NCBI GenBank assembly: GCA_029218405.1
Contig: JAQXRG010000095.1
Coordinates: forward strand, 2,399 to 66,398
Length of the DNA stretch: 64,000 nucleotides
Direction: 5' to 3'
Source: Bacteroidales bacterium
Lineage (GTDB): Bacteria; Bacteroidota; Bacteroidia; Bacteroidales; Bacteroidaceae
Part shown: in pieces, positions 16,279 through 25,736 of the stretch
How the letters are laid out: each line of letters begins with the position of its first letter
How positions within the stretch are numbered: the stretch's first letter is position 1
The notes under the pieces: model-generated
Told to the model about the DNA's origin: nothing
Databases searched by the model: none
The model's input: the letters and a program-made list of their open reading frames with translations, nothing else
Program-made: the position numbers and the translations under genes

Positions 16279-16947
16279 ATGACGGTCGTTTACGAGGACA
16301 ATCATCTGATCATTGTCAATAAGCGGCCTTCGGAAATCGTTCAGGGTGACAAGACGGGCGACGAGCCCCTCTCGGACACCCTGAAACGTTATCTGAAGGA
16401 GAAGTACGCCAAGCCGGGGAACGTGTTCCTGGGGGTGACCCACCGGCTGGACCGTCCTGTCAGCGGACTGGTGGTCTTTGCGAAGACCAGCAAAGCCTTG
16501 TCGCGGCTCAACGAGATGTTCCGTGCGGGCGAGGTCAAGAAGACGTATTGGGCCATCGTGAAGAACTGTCCGCCACAGGAAGAAGGGGAGCTGGTGCATT
16601 ACTTAGTGCGCAACGAACGACAGAACAAGAGCTATGCCTATGATAAGGAGGTGAAGGGTGCCAAGAAGGCGGTGCTCCACTACCGGCTCATCGGCCGTTC
16701 GGACAACTATTACTTGCTGGAGGTGGACTTGAAGACGGGGCGCCATCACCAGATACGTTGCCAGTTGGCCAAAATGGGTTGCCCTATCAAGGGGGATTTG
16801 AAATACGGTTTTCCCCGCTCCAATCCTGATGGCAGCATCTGCCTTCACGCCCGTTGCGTGCGCTTTGTCCATCCGGTCTCGAAAGAGCAGGTGGAAGTGG
16901 TCGCTCCGGTGCCCGAAGATAATGGGTGGAGTTTTTTTAAGTTATAG
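16279..16947 (+). CDS. RluA family pseudouridine synthase
   Basis: HRLDRPVSG, TGRHHQIR and GDLKYG. Confidence 0.93.
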   Translation: MTVVYEDNHLIIVNKRPSEIVQGDKTGDEPLSDTLKRYLKEKYAKPGNVFLGVTHRLDRPVSGLVVFAKTSKALSRLNEMFRAGEVKKTYWAIVKNCPPQEEGELVHYLVRNERQNKSYAYDKEVKGAKKAVLHYRLIGRSDNYYLLEVDLKTGRHHQIRCQLAKMGCPIKGDLKYGFPRSNPDGSICLHARCVRFVHPVSKEQVEVVAPVPEDNGWSFFKL

Positions 16948-16963
16948 GAGTTAGAGGTGTTCT

Positions 16964-18292
16964 CTAACTCCTTTTTTGAACCTGCTTCCGGAAGCGGGCA
17001 TAATACATCAGTCCCGCACTGGTCAGTCCGAAAGGATACGACATCCAGATGCCCGTCAGTCCCCACTGGCAGACGAACGCGAACAGGTAGCTCAAGGGCA
17101 GTGAGATGACGAAGTAGGCAATGAAGGCGAACAGCAGCATGGGACGTACGTCGGCGATGCCCCGCAGCGCGTTGGCGAAATTGATTTGGAGGCCGTCGCC
17201 GAACTGGTAGATGAGGAAGGGGACGATGACCTGGGCCACCATGCCGCCTACCGTGGCGTTGTCGGTGAACCAGCCGCCGATGGAGTGGCGCAGCAGGAAG
17301 ATGGGCACGCAGCTCATCACCGCCATCAGCAGAATCAGGTGAAAGCCCGAGTGTGCCGTGCCCCGCACGTTCTCCCAATCGTTCTGTCCCCGGAAATTGC
17401 TGACGCGCACCGATACCGCCGCTCCCATCCCGTAGTACATCATAAAGCAGATTTGCGACACGGCTATCATAATCTGGTAGGTGGCCAGCTCGTTGCTGCC
17501 TAACCAGCCTACCATGATGGCGCTCAGGCTGAACGAGGCGGTTTCCATCCCCATCTGCCCGGCAATCGGCCAGCCCAGCCGGTTCAGTTGCAGGAAATCC
17601 TTCCGGTTCAGTGGCCCCGACCGGAAGCCTTGGCGGTAGGTACGGTAACGGCGGGAACAGCAGAACAAGGCTACGTAGGACAGAGTCATGTAGATGCGCG
17701 ACAACAGCGTGGCGGCTCCCGCACCGGTCAGTCCCAGTTCGGGCAATCCTGCCTTGCCATAGATGAGCAGGTAGTTGCCCACGATGTTCAGCAGGTTGCC
17801 GCTTAATAGAATCCACATGGATACTTGGGTGTCCGTGATGCCGTCGGTGAACTGCTTGAACCCGTTGAAGACCATCAGGAAGGGTAGCGAGGCCAGCAGG
17901 GTCAGGAAATAGGGACGGATGGCCGGCAGCAGTTCCTCGGGCTGTCCCAGCCGGTCGATGTTCAGGTACAGGCATCCCAGTATCCCCATGGCGAGCAGGG
18001 CTACCAGCAGGTTGGCGGCCAGGCTGTTCTTGAGTACCCTGGCCGCTTCCTGCCGTTTTTCCTGTCCGAAGAGGCTGCCCACGATGGGGGTCAGTCCGTA
18101 CGAGAAGCCCATGCAGGTGATGATGGCCAGGTTGAACACGTTGTTCACGAAGCCGGCGGCGGCCAGTTCGTGCGTGCTGTGGTGACCAATCATCAGGGTG
18201 TCCGCTATGCCCAGCACAATCATGCCTATCTGCCCGATGACGATGGGGAGGCCCAACGTGAGCAGTGCTTTATGGTGTACGAATCGTTTCAT
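16964..18292 (-). CDS. MATE family efflux transporter
   Basis: About 12 TM helices; DTLMIGH and PELGLTGAGAAT. Confidence 0.92.
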   Translation of the reverse strand: MKRFVHHKALLTLGLPIVIGQIGMIVLGIADTLMIGHHSTHELAAAGFVNNVFNLAIITCMGFSYGLTPIVGSLFGQEKRQEAARVLKNSLAANLLVALLAMGILGCLYLNIDRLGQPEELLPAIRPYFLTLLASLPFLMVFNGFKQFTDGITDTQVSMWILLSGNLLNIVGNYLLIYGKAGLPELGLTGAGAATLLSRIYMTLSYVALFCCSRRYRTYRQGFRSGPLNRKDFLQLNRLGWPIAGQMGMETASFSLSAIMVGWLGSNELATYQIMIAVSQICFMMYYGMGAAVSVRVSNFRGQNDWENVRGTAHSGFHLILLMAVMSCVPIFLLRHSIGGWFTDNATVGGMVAQVIVPFLIYQFGDGLQINFANALRGIADVRPMLLFAFIAYFVISLPLSYLFAFVCQWGLTGIWMSYPFGLTSAGLMYYARFRKQVQKRS

Positions 18293-19554
18293 GCGTCAGT
18301 CTTTCTTTCTGTAAGGGTACCCGCCGCCTTGTAGTAGAGGACACAACAGTTCGTGGGTGTGAAGATACGTGCGGCGGTGGCGGTGATTTCTGCTGCGCTG
18401 ATGGTCCGGTAGCGTTCCACTTCCAGGTTGATCAGCTCCGCGTCGCCCAGCAGTTCGCTATAGGCCAGGTTGGTCGCCACGTTCAGGTAGTTCAGGTTAC
18501 TGAAAATCTGCTCCGCCTCGTAGCGGTTCTTCACCTTTTCCAACTCTTCCGGCTGGACGGGGACGGTCTTCAGTTTCTCCAGCTCCTCCCACACCGCTGC
18601 CTCGGCAGCGGACAGCGACACTCCTTCCGACGGTTTTCCGCAAATATTCAGCAGGCCTTCGTCGATGCTGCCCTGGATATAGGCATCAATCTGGCTGAAC
18701 ACCTTCCGCTCCTGCACCAATGACTGGATGAGGCGCGAGGAACGTCCGTTGGAGAGCAGGTCAGTCAGCAGGTCGCAGACATAATACTCTTGGCTCATCC
18801 GTTTTCCCATGTGAAAAGCCATGTAGAGCGCGTCCACCGGAACGTTCCGTTCCACCGTCTTCCGGCGAAGGGCGGTCTGGGGTGCCTCGGCAGGGAGTTG
18901 GCGCGGCTTCACGTCGCGGGCGGGAATCGGTCCGAACCATTTTTCGGCCAGTGCCACCGTCTCCTCGAACGAGATGTGTCCTGTCACGGCCAGGATGGCG
19001 TTGTTCGGCGCATAGAAGCGGAAGAAGAAGTCCTTCACCTCCTCCATCGTCGCATGGGCGATGTGCCCGATTTCCTTTCCGATGGTCGGCCAGCGGTACG
19101 GGTGGGTCTGATAGGCCAGCTCGCGTATCAGGTGGGCGGAGTCGCCGTATGGGCGGTTCAGGTTACGTTGCTTGAACTCTTCGATCACGACCTGTCGTTG
19201 CACTTCCAGGCTCTTCGGATGAAAGTCGAGGCTGAGCATACGGTCACTCTCCAACCAGAAGCCGGTTTCGCAGTTCTGGTAGGGCAGGGTGATGTAATAG
19301 TTGGTCATGTCGTTGTTGGTCCAAGCGTTGTTCTCGCCCCCTGCGAGCTGTACGGGACCGTCGTAGTCGGGGATGTTCACTGACCCTCCGAACATCAGGT
19401 GCTCGAAGAGGTGGGCGAATCCCGTATGGTCCGGATGCTCATCGCGGGCTCCTACGTCGTACAGCAGGTTGAGGGCGACCATCTGGGTGGAGCGGTCCTC
19501 GTGGTGGACGATGCGGAGCCCGTTGTCCAGCACATGTCGGTGGATGCGTATCAT
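18289..19554 (-). CDS. M16 family zinc peptidase
   Basis: GFAHLFEHLMF (HxxEH), NAWT and LESDRM. Confidence 0.93.
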   Translation of the reverse strand: MIRIHRHVLDNGLRIVHHEDRSTQMVALNLLYDVGARDEHPDHTGFAHLFEHLMFGGSVNIPDYDGPVQLAGGENNAWTNNDMTNYYITLPYQNCETGFWLESDRMLSLDFHPKSLEVQRQVVIEEFKQRNLNRPYGDSAHLIRELAYQTHPYRWPTIGKEIGHIAHATMEEVKDFFFRFYAPNNAILAVTGHISFEETVALAEKWFGPIPARDVKPRQLPAEAPQTALRRKTVERNVPVDALYMAFHMGKRMSQEYYVCDLLTDLLSNGRSSRLIQSLVQERKVFSQIDAYIQGSIDEGLLNICGKPSEGVSLSAAEAAVWEELEKLKTVPVQPEELEKVKNRYEAEQIFSNLNYLNVATNLAYSELLGDAELINLEVERYRTISAAEITATAARIFTPTNCCVLYYKAAGTLTERKTDA

Positions 19555-20393
19555 TCCACTACCACGGCTTTAAGGATGCGTACGTTGTTCAGCGGACGGT
19601 CGGCACGGTTGGTTTTCGAGATTTCGATTTTTTCCACCACGTCCATTCCTTCCGTCACCTCTCCGAATACCGTGTAGTTGCCGTCCAGGTGCGGGGTGCC
19701 GCCCACGGTAGTGTAGGCCTGGATCTGTTCAGGGGTGAAGGTCTTGGCCGGTTCCTGTTTCACAATGGCCCGTGCCTGTGCCTCTAATGAGTCCTGCAGC
19801 TCCAGCAGGGCATCGTTGTCGCCTGCTTTCCGCAGCTTGAAGATTTCCTTCATGTGTTTCCGGGCCAGCTGCTGGAAGACCGTGTCTAAACGGGCCTGGT
19901 TCTGCTGGTTGGCCATGTTGATGAGCTGCGCTTCCGTGAACTTCTTGCCGGTCACGATGTAGAACTGGCAGCCGGATGAGGCTTTCTCAGGGTTCACATC
20001 GTCGCCTTCACGGGCGGCGGCCAGCACGCCCCGCTTGTGGAAGATGGCTGGTGTACGGAATTCGGCAGGCACGGTGTAGCCCACGTCTCCGTCGCCCAAC
20101 ATTGCCGTGTCGGGGGCTGTCTTGCTGTTCGGGTCGCCCGCCTGGCACATGAAGTTCTTGATGACGCGGTGGAAGAGGGTGCTGTCATAGACACCTTCCT
20201 TCACCAGTTTGATGAAGTTGTCCCTGTGCAGGGGAGTCTCGTTGTAGAGTTTCAGGGTGATGTTGCCCAGATTGGTTTCCAGGCGTACCCGTGTTTCGTT
20301 GCCATTCTCCATATCGGAATTGTTCTTTTTGGTGCCGCCGCATGCTGTCAGCAGTCCGACGGCCAGCGTGAATAATAAGGTTAGTTTTTTCAT
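19551..20393 (-). CDS. Cyclophilin-type peptidyl-prolyl isomerase, lipoprotein
   Basis: Lipobox LTAC; FHRVIKNFM, QFYIV and PHLDGNYTVFGEV. Confidence 0.93.
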   Translation of the reverse strand: MKKLTLLFTLAVGLLTACGGTKKNNSDMENGNETRVRLETNLGNITLKLYNETPLHRDNFIKLVKEGVYDSTLFHRVIKNFMCQAGDPNSKTAPDTAMLGDGDVGYTVPAEFRTPAIFHKRGVLAAAREGDDVNPEKASSGCQFYIVTGKKFTEAQLINMANQQNQARLDTVFQQLARKHMKEIFKLRKAGDNDALLELQDSLEAQARAIVKQEPAKTFTPEQIQAYTTVGGTPHLDGNYTVFGEVTEGMDVVEKIEISKTNRADRPLNNVRILKAVVVE

Positions 20394-20507
20394 ACAAGCA
20401 TTGTTTGGGGTACAAAGTTACGACAAAGAAATGAAAGAGCGTGCGGGAGATGGCTTGTTTTTGCTGCTTTCTCGCAGAGAATGCCTTGTGGGGCTTGTTG
20501 GAACTGG

Positions 20508-20547
20508 AAAAGTCTGGGATGTTCCACGGAGCCTGTCCCAGGCTTTT
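20508..20547. repeat. Imperfect hairpin containing GGAGCCTGTCCC (11/12 match to the left-end repeat core)
   Basis: AAAAGTCTGGGAT...GTCCCAGGCTTTT; motif at 20528-20539. Confidence 0.6.
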
Positions 20548-20567
20548 GCTTTTGAAGCTACAGTGAA

Positions 20568-20903
20568 ATGAAGGACTATATACTCTATCGCAAGATTACA
20601 CGCATTATACTTCAGCTTGCTGATGAACTGCAGCTTTCTACTAAGCGTGCTATGCTACTCTTTTACAGTACGAAAGTAGGCCAGCAGCTCCACGACCCGA
20701 AATATGGGTATCAGATTATGTCGGACACCTACATCGTCAATGATATAAAGTCCGAACTCCAGGAATTGCATGGACGTTCAACTGTCAGTGCAATTGGAAA
20801 ATGTTCAGGCTGGGGGATACCCAGCCTGAACATTTTAGTCGTTTATTTCTGCAATGCCGTTTCGATTGTCTTCATCAGCTTCTCGAATTCTTCCGGCGTG
20901 TAG
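20568..20903 (+). CDS. DUF3791-domain protein, probably with a lost stop codon and read-through tail
   Basis: RIILQLA...AMLLFYST...LHDPKYG...MSDTYIVND pattern in the first ~65 aa. The tail runs through a terminator into the convergent gene. Confidence 0.7.
   Translation: MKDYILYRKITRIILQLADELQLSTKRAMLLFYSTKVGQQLHDPKYGYQIMSDTYIVNDIKSELQELHGRSTVSAIGKCSGWGIPSLNILVVYFCNAVSIVFISFSNSSGV
20798..20836. terminator. Bidirectional intrinsic terminator
   Basis: 17-bp perfect stem AAAATGTTCAGGCTGGG-GGATA-CCCAGCCTGAACATTTT, 6 bp after the tlpA-like stop. Confidence 0.85.
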
Positions 20904-21373
20904 CCGAGCGAGGAGTAGAGCAGTTTGCCGTCCTTGCCGAACAGGTAGGCACGGGGAATGCTCTGGTCAGCAAAGAGGGAGAACGCTTCGCGCTTCGGGT
21001 CGGGATAGAGCGGAAAGTCAAACTGTTTCTTCTCGTTGTATTTCTTCAGCTGTTCGTCAGTGTGTTCCCGTCCGATGACTAACAGCCGGAAATCCTTGTT
21101 GCCCTTGTACTTGGGCCATAGGGTCGATTGCACTTCCGCCAGCTCTTTCTGACAGGGGCCGCACCAGGTAGCGAACAGGCTCACCAGGACAACCTTCCCT
21201 TTCAGGTCGGCGGCCGATACGTTGCCGTAGGTCGTGGAGGACAGCTGGATGGCAGGCATCGGGTCGCCGATGTTGATTTTTTCGGTACTTGTCTGTTGTG
21301 CGAAGCCGCACACGCTTCCTGCGGCCATTACTGCCAGCAGAATCATTCTTTTTAGCATCTTTTTCATCATCAT
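20843..21373 (-). CDS. TlpA-like thiol:disulfide oxidoreductase
   Basis: Signal peptide and FATWCGPC. The exact start is uncertain. Confidence 0.9.
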   Translation of the reverse strand: MMMKKMLKRMILLAVMAAGSVCGFAQQTSTEKINIGDPMPAIQLSSTTYGNVSAADLKGKVVLVSLFATWCGPCQKELAEVQSTLWPKYKGNKDFRLLVIGREHTDEQLKKYNEKKQFDFPLYPDPKREAFSLFADQSIPRAYLFGKDGKLLYSSLGYTPEEFEKLMKTIETALQK

Positions 21374-21418
21374 GTTAGTTAGAAATGTTGTCACATTGTG
21401 GAAAAACGGTCTTGTGCA

Positions 21419-23722
21419 TCAATGCATGTACAGGTGGGTGAACGGTATGACTTGTCCGTCACTGTCCATTACCTTCAGCTGCAGGGTGCCACCGTTGCTG
21501 TCGAAGTAGCGCAGCTCCAACGGATGGTAGCCTTTCTTCAGGGCCTTCTGTCCTGTCATTTCCTTGGGCGCATGCGGGCCGTCATTATCTACGACCATTT
21601 CGCCGTCAATGGCCAGGGTGCTCCCGTCATCGCTCAGCAGGGCGAAAGAGTAGATGTCATCGGCGGGGGCGTTGAGATAACCTCTCACGATGAGGCCGAT
21701 GTTTCCGCTCACCCGTTTGGGAATGCACACATCCTCAATCTTGTAGCGGCCCTTCAGCGGTGCCTCGCTGATGTTGGCGCAGCGGTTGCCCCGGAAGTCG
21801 TGCCACAGGGCTTCCAGTCCGGGTGAGCTGGGAGCGGTCTGTGTGGCGGGCGCATATTCGCTCTTCACGAAACGGGTCTTCACAAAGTCGCCTTTGGCTC
21901 CGTTGGCACGGAAGGTCCGGAAGGTGAAATCGGTGGTCTCGGTCACCTGGAGGGGACCTTCATACAATGTGGAGGCGGCAGTAGGGATGGAACCGTCGGT
22001 CGTGTAGCGGATGACGGCGGTAGAGTCGAGGCAGCTCACTTCCACTTTTGTCTCGCCGATAAAGGCGTTCGATTCATTGAAGCCTTCCAGGTCGGGGATG
22101 CGGTAAGGGATGTCCATTACGTTCAGCCGGTGGAACTGGTCGGCCATGCGTCGGCTGAAACCTGTCCAATCGTTCTGCTGTGGACCGCTCCAGCCCAGTT
22201 CGGCGATGGCCAGCATACGGGGGGCTGCCATGTAGAGCATCCGTTCGCGCGAAGGAATCCATTCACACCAGATGTTTCCCTGCACGCCCATGATGAGCTC
22301 TTGCTGGGCTTCGGTCATGCCTTCCAGTTCGGGCACATAGTCGTAGATGGCCCGTACACTCTTCTTGTCCTGTTGGTAGTCCAGGTAGAAAGGAGCGTTG
22401 GGGGTGTAGATGACCTTGTTGCCATGGGTGGTCGCTTCGCGCGAGGCGTTCTTCGCCCAGCTGCGCCACCACATGACGGTGGAGGTCTCTGACAAGCCTC
22501 CTTCAATGATTTCGTCCCATCCGATCATCTCCTTGCCGTTGGCGTTGAAGAAGTCTTCCATCTGGTGTGTGAACCAGGCCTGCAGCTGCTCTTCCGTCTT
22601 CAAGCCGTTGTCACGCATCCGCTTCTGGCAGTCGGGACACTTCTTCCAGTTGGTCTTTTCCACCTCGTCGCCGCCGATGTGGACATACTTGTAGGGGAAG
22701 AGCTGGAAGATTTCCTTATATACGTTCTGGCAGAACTCGATGGCGGAGTCCTTGCCTGGGCAGGCAGGAGAGGAGAAGGTGGTGCCCCAGCCGGTATCGT
22801 CGGTGCAAGCCACGCCCGAGTAGTTGCCTACAGCGGCCAGCATGTGACCGGGCATGTCGATTTCAGGCACTACGTCAATGCCCCGGATGCCGGCGTACTG
22901 CACGATGTCACGCACCTCGTCCTGGGTGTAGAAGCCACCATAGAGGGTGTCGCCGTTCTCGATGTGCAGCTTGTCGGCCGGAATCTCATAGTCAGGATTG
23001 TCCTGTGCTTTTGCCAGACGGATGCACTCCCGGTCGTGGCTGTTGAAGTGCCGCCAGGCACCCTTCTCGGTCAGCAAGGGGTATTGCTTGATTTCCACTC
23101 GCCAGCCTTGGTCATCGGTAAGGTGCCAGTGGAACTTGTTCATCTTGTAGAGGGCCATGAGGTCGAGCAGTTCTTTCACCTCCTCGGTGCTGTAGAAGTG
23201 GCGGGACACGTCGAGCATCAAGCCGCGCCATTCGTAACGGGGGGCGTCCGTGATGTGGACGTTGGGTACTGCCCATCGGCGGCTCACTTTCCGAGTGGCC
23301 TCGATATCATCAGGCAGGAGCTGGCGCAAGGTCTGGATACCGGCAATGACCCCTTCGTATCCATTACCGCTGATGACTACCTCTTCGGGGGTGGTAGTCA
23401 GGGTATAGGCTCCTTTCTGGCCGCCGGCGTGGAGGCGGAGGGAGATGTCGCCCTTCCCTTCACGGAGTGACAGGGCATAGCCAGTGGCCGGGGAGAGGAG
23501 GTCGCCCAGATAGACAGCGGCAGGCAGCAGCTCGGGGCTGTCATAGCCGATGATGGTGCTGGAGGTCAGTTCAAAAGGTGGGTTTCCCGTTTCCGCCACT
23601 TGGCTCGGTTGGGGGAGCAGGGAGACAGGTTCGGGAATTGCCGGGCCTCCACAGGAAGCCAATAGCAGGGTGCTTGTCAAGGTAAGGGCAGCCATCAGCT
23701 GCCGTCCGATGTTTTTGTTCAT
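21419..23722 (-). CDS. GH20 beta-N-acetylhexosaminidase lipoprotein with FN3-associated and PA14 domains
   Basis: Lipobox LASC; RGLMLDVSRHF, HWHLTDDQGWR, EIDMPGH, HIGGDE and LLSDDGS. Confidence 0.94.
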   Translation of the reverse strand: MNKNIGRQLMAALTLTSTLLLASCGGPAIPEPVSLLPQPSQVAETGNPPFELTSSTIIGYDSPELLPAAVYLGDLLSPATGYALSLREGKGDISLRLHAGGQKGAYTLTTTPEEVVISGNGYEGVIAGIQTLRQLLPDDIEATRKVSRRWAVPNVHITDAPRYEWRGLMLDVSRHFYSTEEVKELLDLMALYKMNKFHWHLTDDQGWRVEIKQYPLLTEKGAWRHFNSHDRECIRLAKAQDNPDYEIPADKLHIENGDTLYGGFYTQDEVRDIVQYAGIRGIDVVPEIDMPGHMLAAVGNYSGVACTDDTGWGTTFSSPACPGKDSAIEFCQNVYKEIFQLFPYKYVHIGGDEVEKTNWKKCPDCQKRMRDNGLKTEEQLQAWFTHQMEDFFNANGKEMIGWDEIIEGGLSETSTVMWWRSWAKNASREATTHGNKVIYTPNAPFYLDYQQDKKSVRAIYDYVPELEGMTEAQQELIMGVQGNIWCEWIPSRERMLYMAAPRMLAIAELGWSGPQQNDWTGFSRRMADQFHRLNVMDIPYRIPDLEGFNESNAFIGETKVEVSCLDSTAVIRYTTDGSIPTAASTLYEGPLQVTETTDFTFRTFRANGAKGDFVKTRFVKSEYAPATQTAPSSPGLEALWHDFRGNRCANISEAPLKGRYKIEDVCIPKRVSGNIGLIVRGYLNAPADDIYSFALLSDDGSTLAIDGEMVVDNDGPHAPKEMTGQKALKKGYHPLELRYFDSNGGTLQLKVMDSDGQVIPFTHLYMH

Positions 23723-23812
23723 GGTCTTTCGTATTAGGGTGGATAGTATGGTTTTCAAATGAAGGTGTAATATTACATCTTTTTGTTGGATTGTGCAACA
23801 GTTTTGGCAGAT

Positions 23813-25720
23813 TTAACGCACGGCGGTCAGTTTTCCATCGAGTAGTCGGATTTCTTCTTCGCCCATGAGGTATTTCAGTACGGGCTCATACTGTTGGAAC
23901 GGATAGGGCATCCGTTCGGCCAAATCGGACGGAAGCAGCGGTGTTTCTTTCAGCAGCTGGAGCAAGTAGTCGGCTATTTCGAGGAACCGGTCGTTTCGCA
24001 GTCCGGTGGAATGGCGTTGGAGACAGGCGTCACACTGGCCGCAGGGACGGCTCTGCTTTTCACCAAAGTATCGGAGCAGGAGCTGGCTGCGGCACAGTCC
24101 GTCGCTCTCGGCGTACTCTGTCATGGCCTCGATGCGTTGGGTATAGCTTTTCTTGCGGTCCTCATAGACCTCCCGGCTGAGGACGATGCGGCCCGTTTCC
24201 TGCCGTTCGCGCGTATATATTATATAAGGTGTCTTTCGGCCGGGAATGTAGTGCAGGATGCGGCGGCGCGACAATGAGATGAGAATGTCGTACACCTGCT
24301 GGCGGGTGAGCCCGCTCCGTCGTGCCAGGTGGTTCTCGTCGATGTAGGCATAGTCGGCGAACAGGCCCGTATAGGAACGGAGCAGGCAGTGAAGCAGTCG
24401 TTCGGTGTCCTCGCTGTTTTCGTGGATACGGTACAGTTCGTCTCGGTTCAGGGTGAACATAATACGGGAGGCATTGTCCTGCTCGTCGGTGTATTCTAAG
24501 TAGCCGGCACGGGTGAGGATTTTCAGCGCACTGTCCACCCGGACCGGAAAGTGCTTGAAGTGCTGGCAGAACTCGTCAATGTCGAAGGCGAAGGTGCAGC
24601 CCCGTCCGTCGCCCATGGCCATCTGGTAGTAGTATTGCAGGTCCTCATAGACTTTGCGGATGTAGTCTTTCTCGGGAAATGTGTCGGCGATGCGCCGTTG
24701 CAGCATCCCCTTGTCCGACCGGGAGCAGAGGAGTACGGCATACGCTTTTGCTCCGTCACGTCCGGCCCGTCCCGCCTCCTGGAAGTACGCTTCGGGGGAG
24801 TCGGGCAGGTCAATGTGTACGACTAAGCGCACGTCGGGCTTGTCGATGCCCATGCCGAAGGCGTTGGTCGCCACCATTACGCGATGCCCGCCGGTGAGCC
24901 AGCTCTTCTGCCGCTCGTCCTTCGTGTCGTTCGAGAGACTGGCATGGTAGAACGTGGCCGTGATGTGGTTCGCTTCCAGGTATTGTGCCACCTCCTTGGT
25001 CCGTTTGCGGTTGCGGGTATAGACGATGGCGGCCCCCTGCAGGCTGTGGAGGATGTGCAGGAGTTCGGTGGGCTTGTCTTCCGTACGCCGGACGATGTAG
25101 GCCAGGTTTTTCCGCTCGAAACTCATGCGGAACACGTTTTTCTGACGGAAGGCCAGCCGTTCTTGTATGTCATCCACCACTTCGGGAGTGGCGGTCGCGG
25201 TGAGGGCCAGTACGGGGATGTCGGGCAACAGGTGCCGCACTTCGGCTATCTGGAGATAGGAGGGACGGAAGTCGTAGCCCCATTGCGAGATGCAATGGGC
25301 CTCGTCGATGGCGATGAGGTTGACCGGTATGTGGCGCAGCTTGACCCGGAAGATGTCGGTCGCCAGTCGTTCGGGCGAGATGTAGAGGAACTTGTAGTTG
25401 CCGAAGATGCAGTTTTCCAGCGCCACGACAATCTCCTCACGGGTCATGCCAGAGTAGATGGCGGTCGCCTTGATGCCGCGCGACCGCAGGTTGCGCACTT
25501 GGTCTTTCATCAGGGCGATGAGCGGGGTGACCACTAAGCAGAGCCCCTCCTTGGCCAAGGCAGGCACCTGGAAGGTGATGGACTTTCCTCCCCCTGTGGG
25601 CATCAGCCCCAAGGTGTCGTGTCCGTCACCGATGCTTCGGATGATGTCTGCCTGGATGCCCCGGAAGTCTTCGTACCCCCAGTACTGCTTCAGGATGCGT
25701 CGATAGTCTGCCAGTTCCAT
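23813..25720 (-). CDS. recQ: RecQ family DNA helicase
   Basis: MPTGGGKS, DEAHCISQWGYDFRP, ATNAFGMGIDK, QEAGRAGRDG and a Zn-binding CGQCDAC. Confidence 0.93.
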   Translation of the reverse strand: MELADYRRILKQYWGYEDFRGIQADIIRSIGDGHDTLGLMPTGGGKSITFQVPALAKEGLCLVVTPLIALMKDQVRNLRSRGIKATAIYSGMTREEIVVALENCIFGNYKFLYISPERLATDIFRVKLRHIPVNLIAIDEAHCISQWGYDFRPSYLQIAEVRHLLPDIPVLALTATATPEVVDDIQERLAFRQKNVFRMSFERKNLAYIVRRTEDKPTELLHILHSLQGAAIVYTRNRKRTKEVAQYLEANHITATFYHASLSNDTKDERQKSWLTGGHRVMVATNAFGMGIDKPDVRLVVHIDLPDSPEAYFQEAGRAGRDGAKAYAVLLCSRSDKGMLQRRIADTFPEKDYIRKVYEDLQYYYQMAMGDGRGCTFAFDIDEFCQHFKHFPVRVDSALKILTRAGYLEYTDEQDNASRIMFTLNRDELYRIHENSEDTERLLHCLLRSYTGLFADYAYIDENHLARRSGLTRQQVYDILISLSRRRILHYIPGRKTPYIIYTRERQETGRIVLSREVYEDRKKSYTQRIEAMTEYAESDGLCRSQLLLRYFGEKQSRPCGQCDACLQRHSTGLRNDRFLEIADYLLQLLKETPLLPSDLAERMPYPFQQYEPVLKYLMGEEEIRLLDGKLTAVR

Positions 25721-25736
25721 GTGTTTTTGCTGCTGG

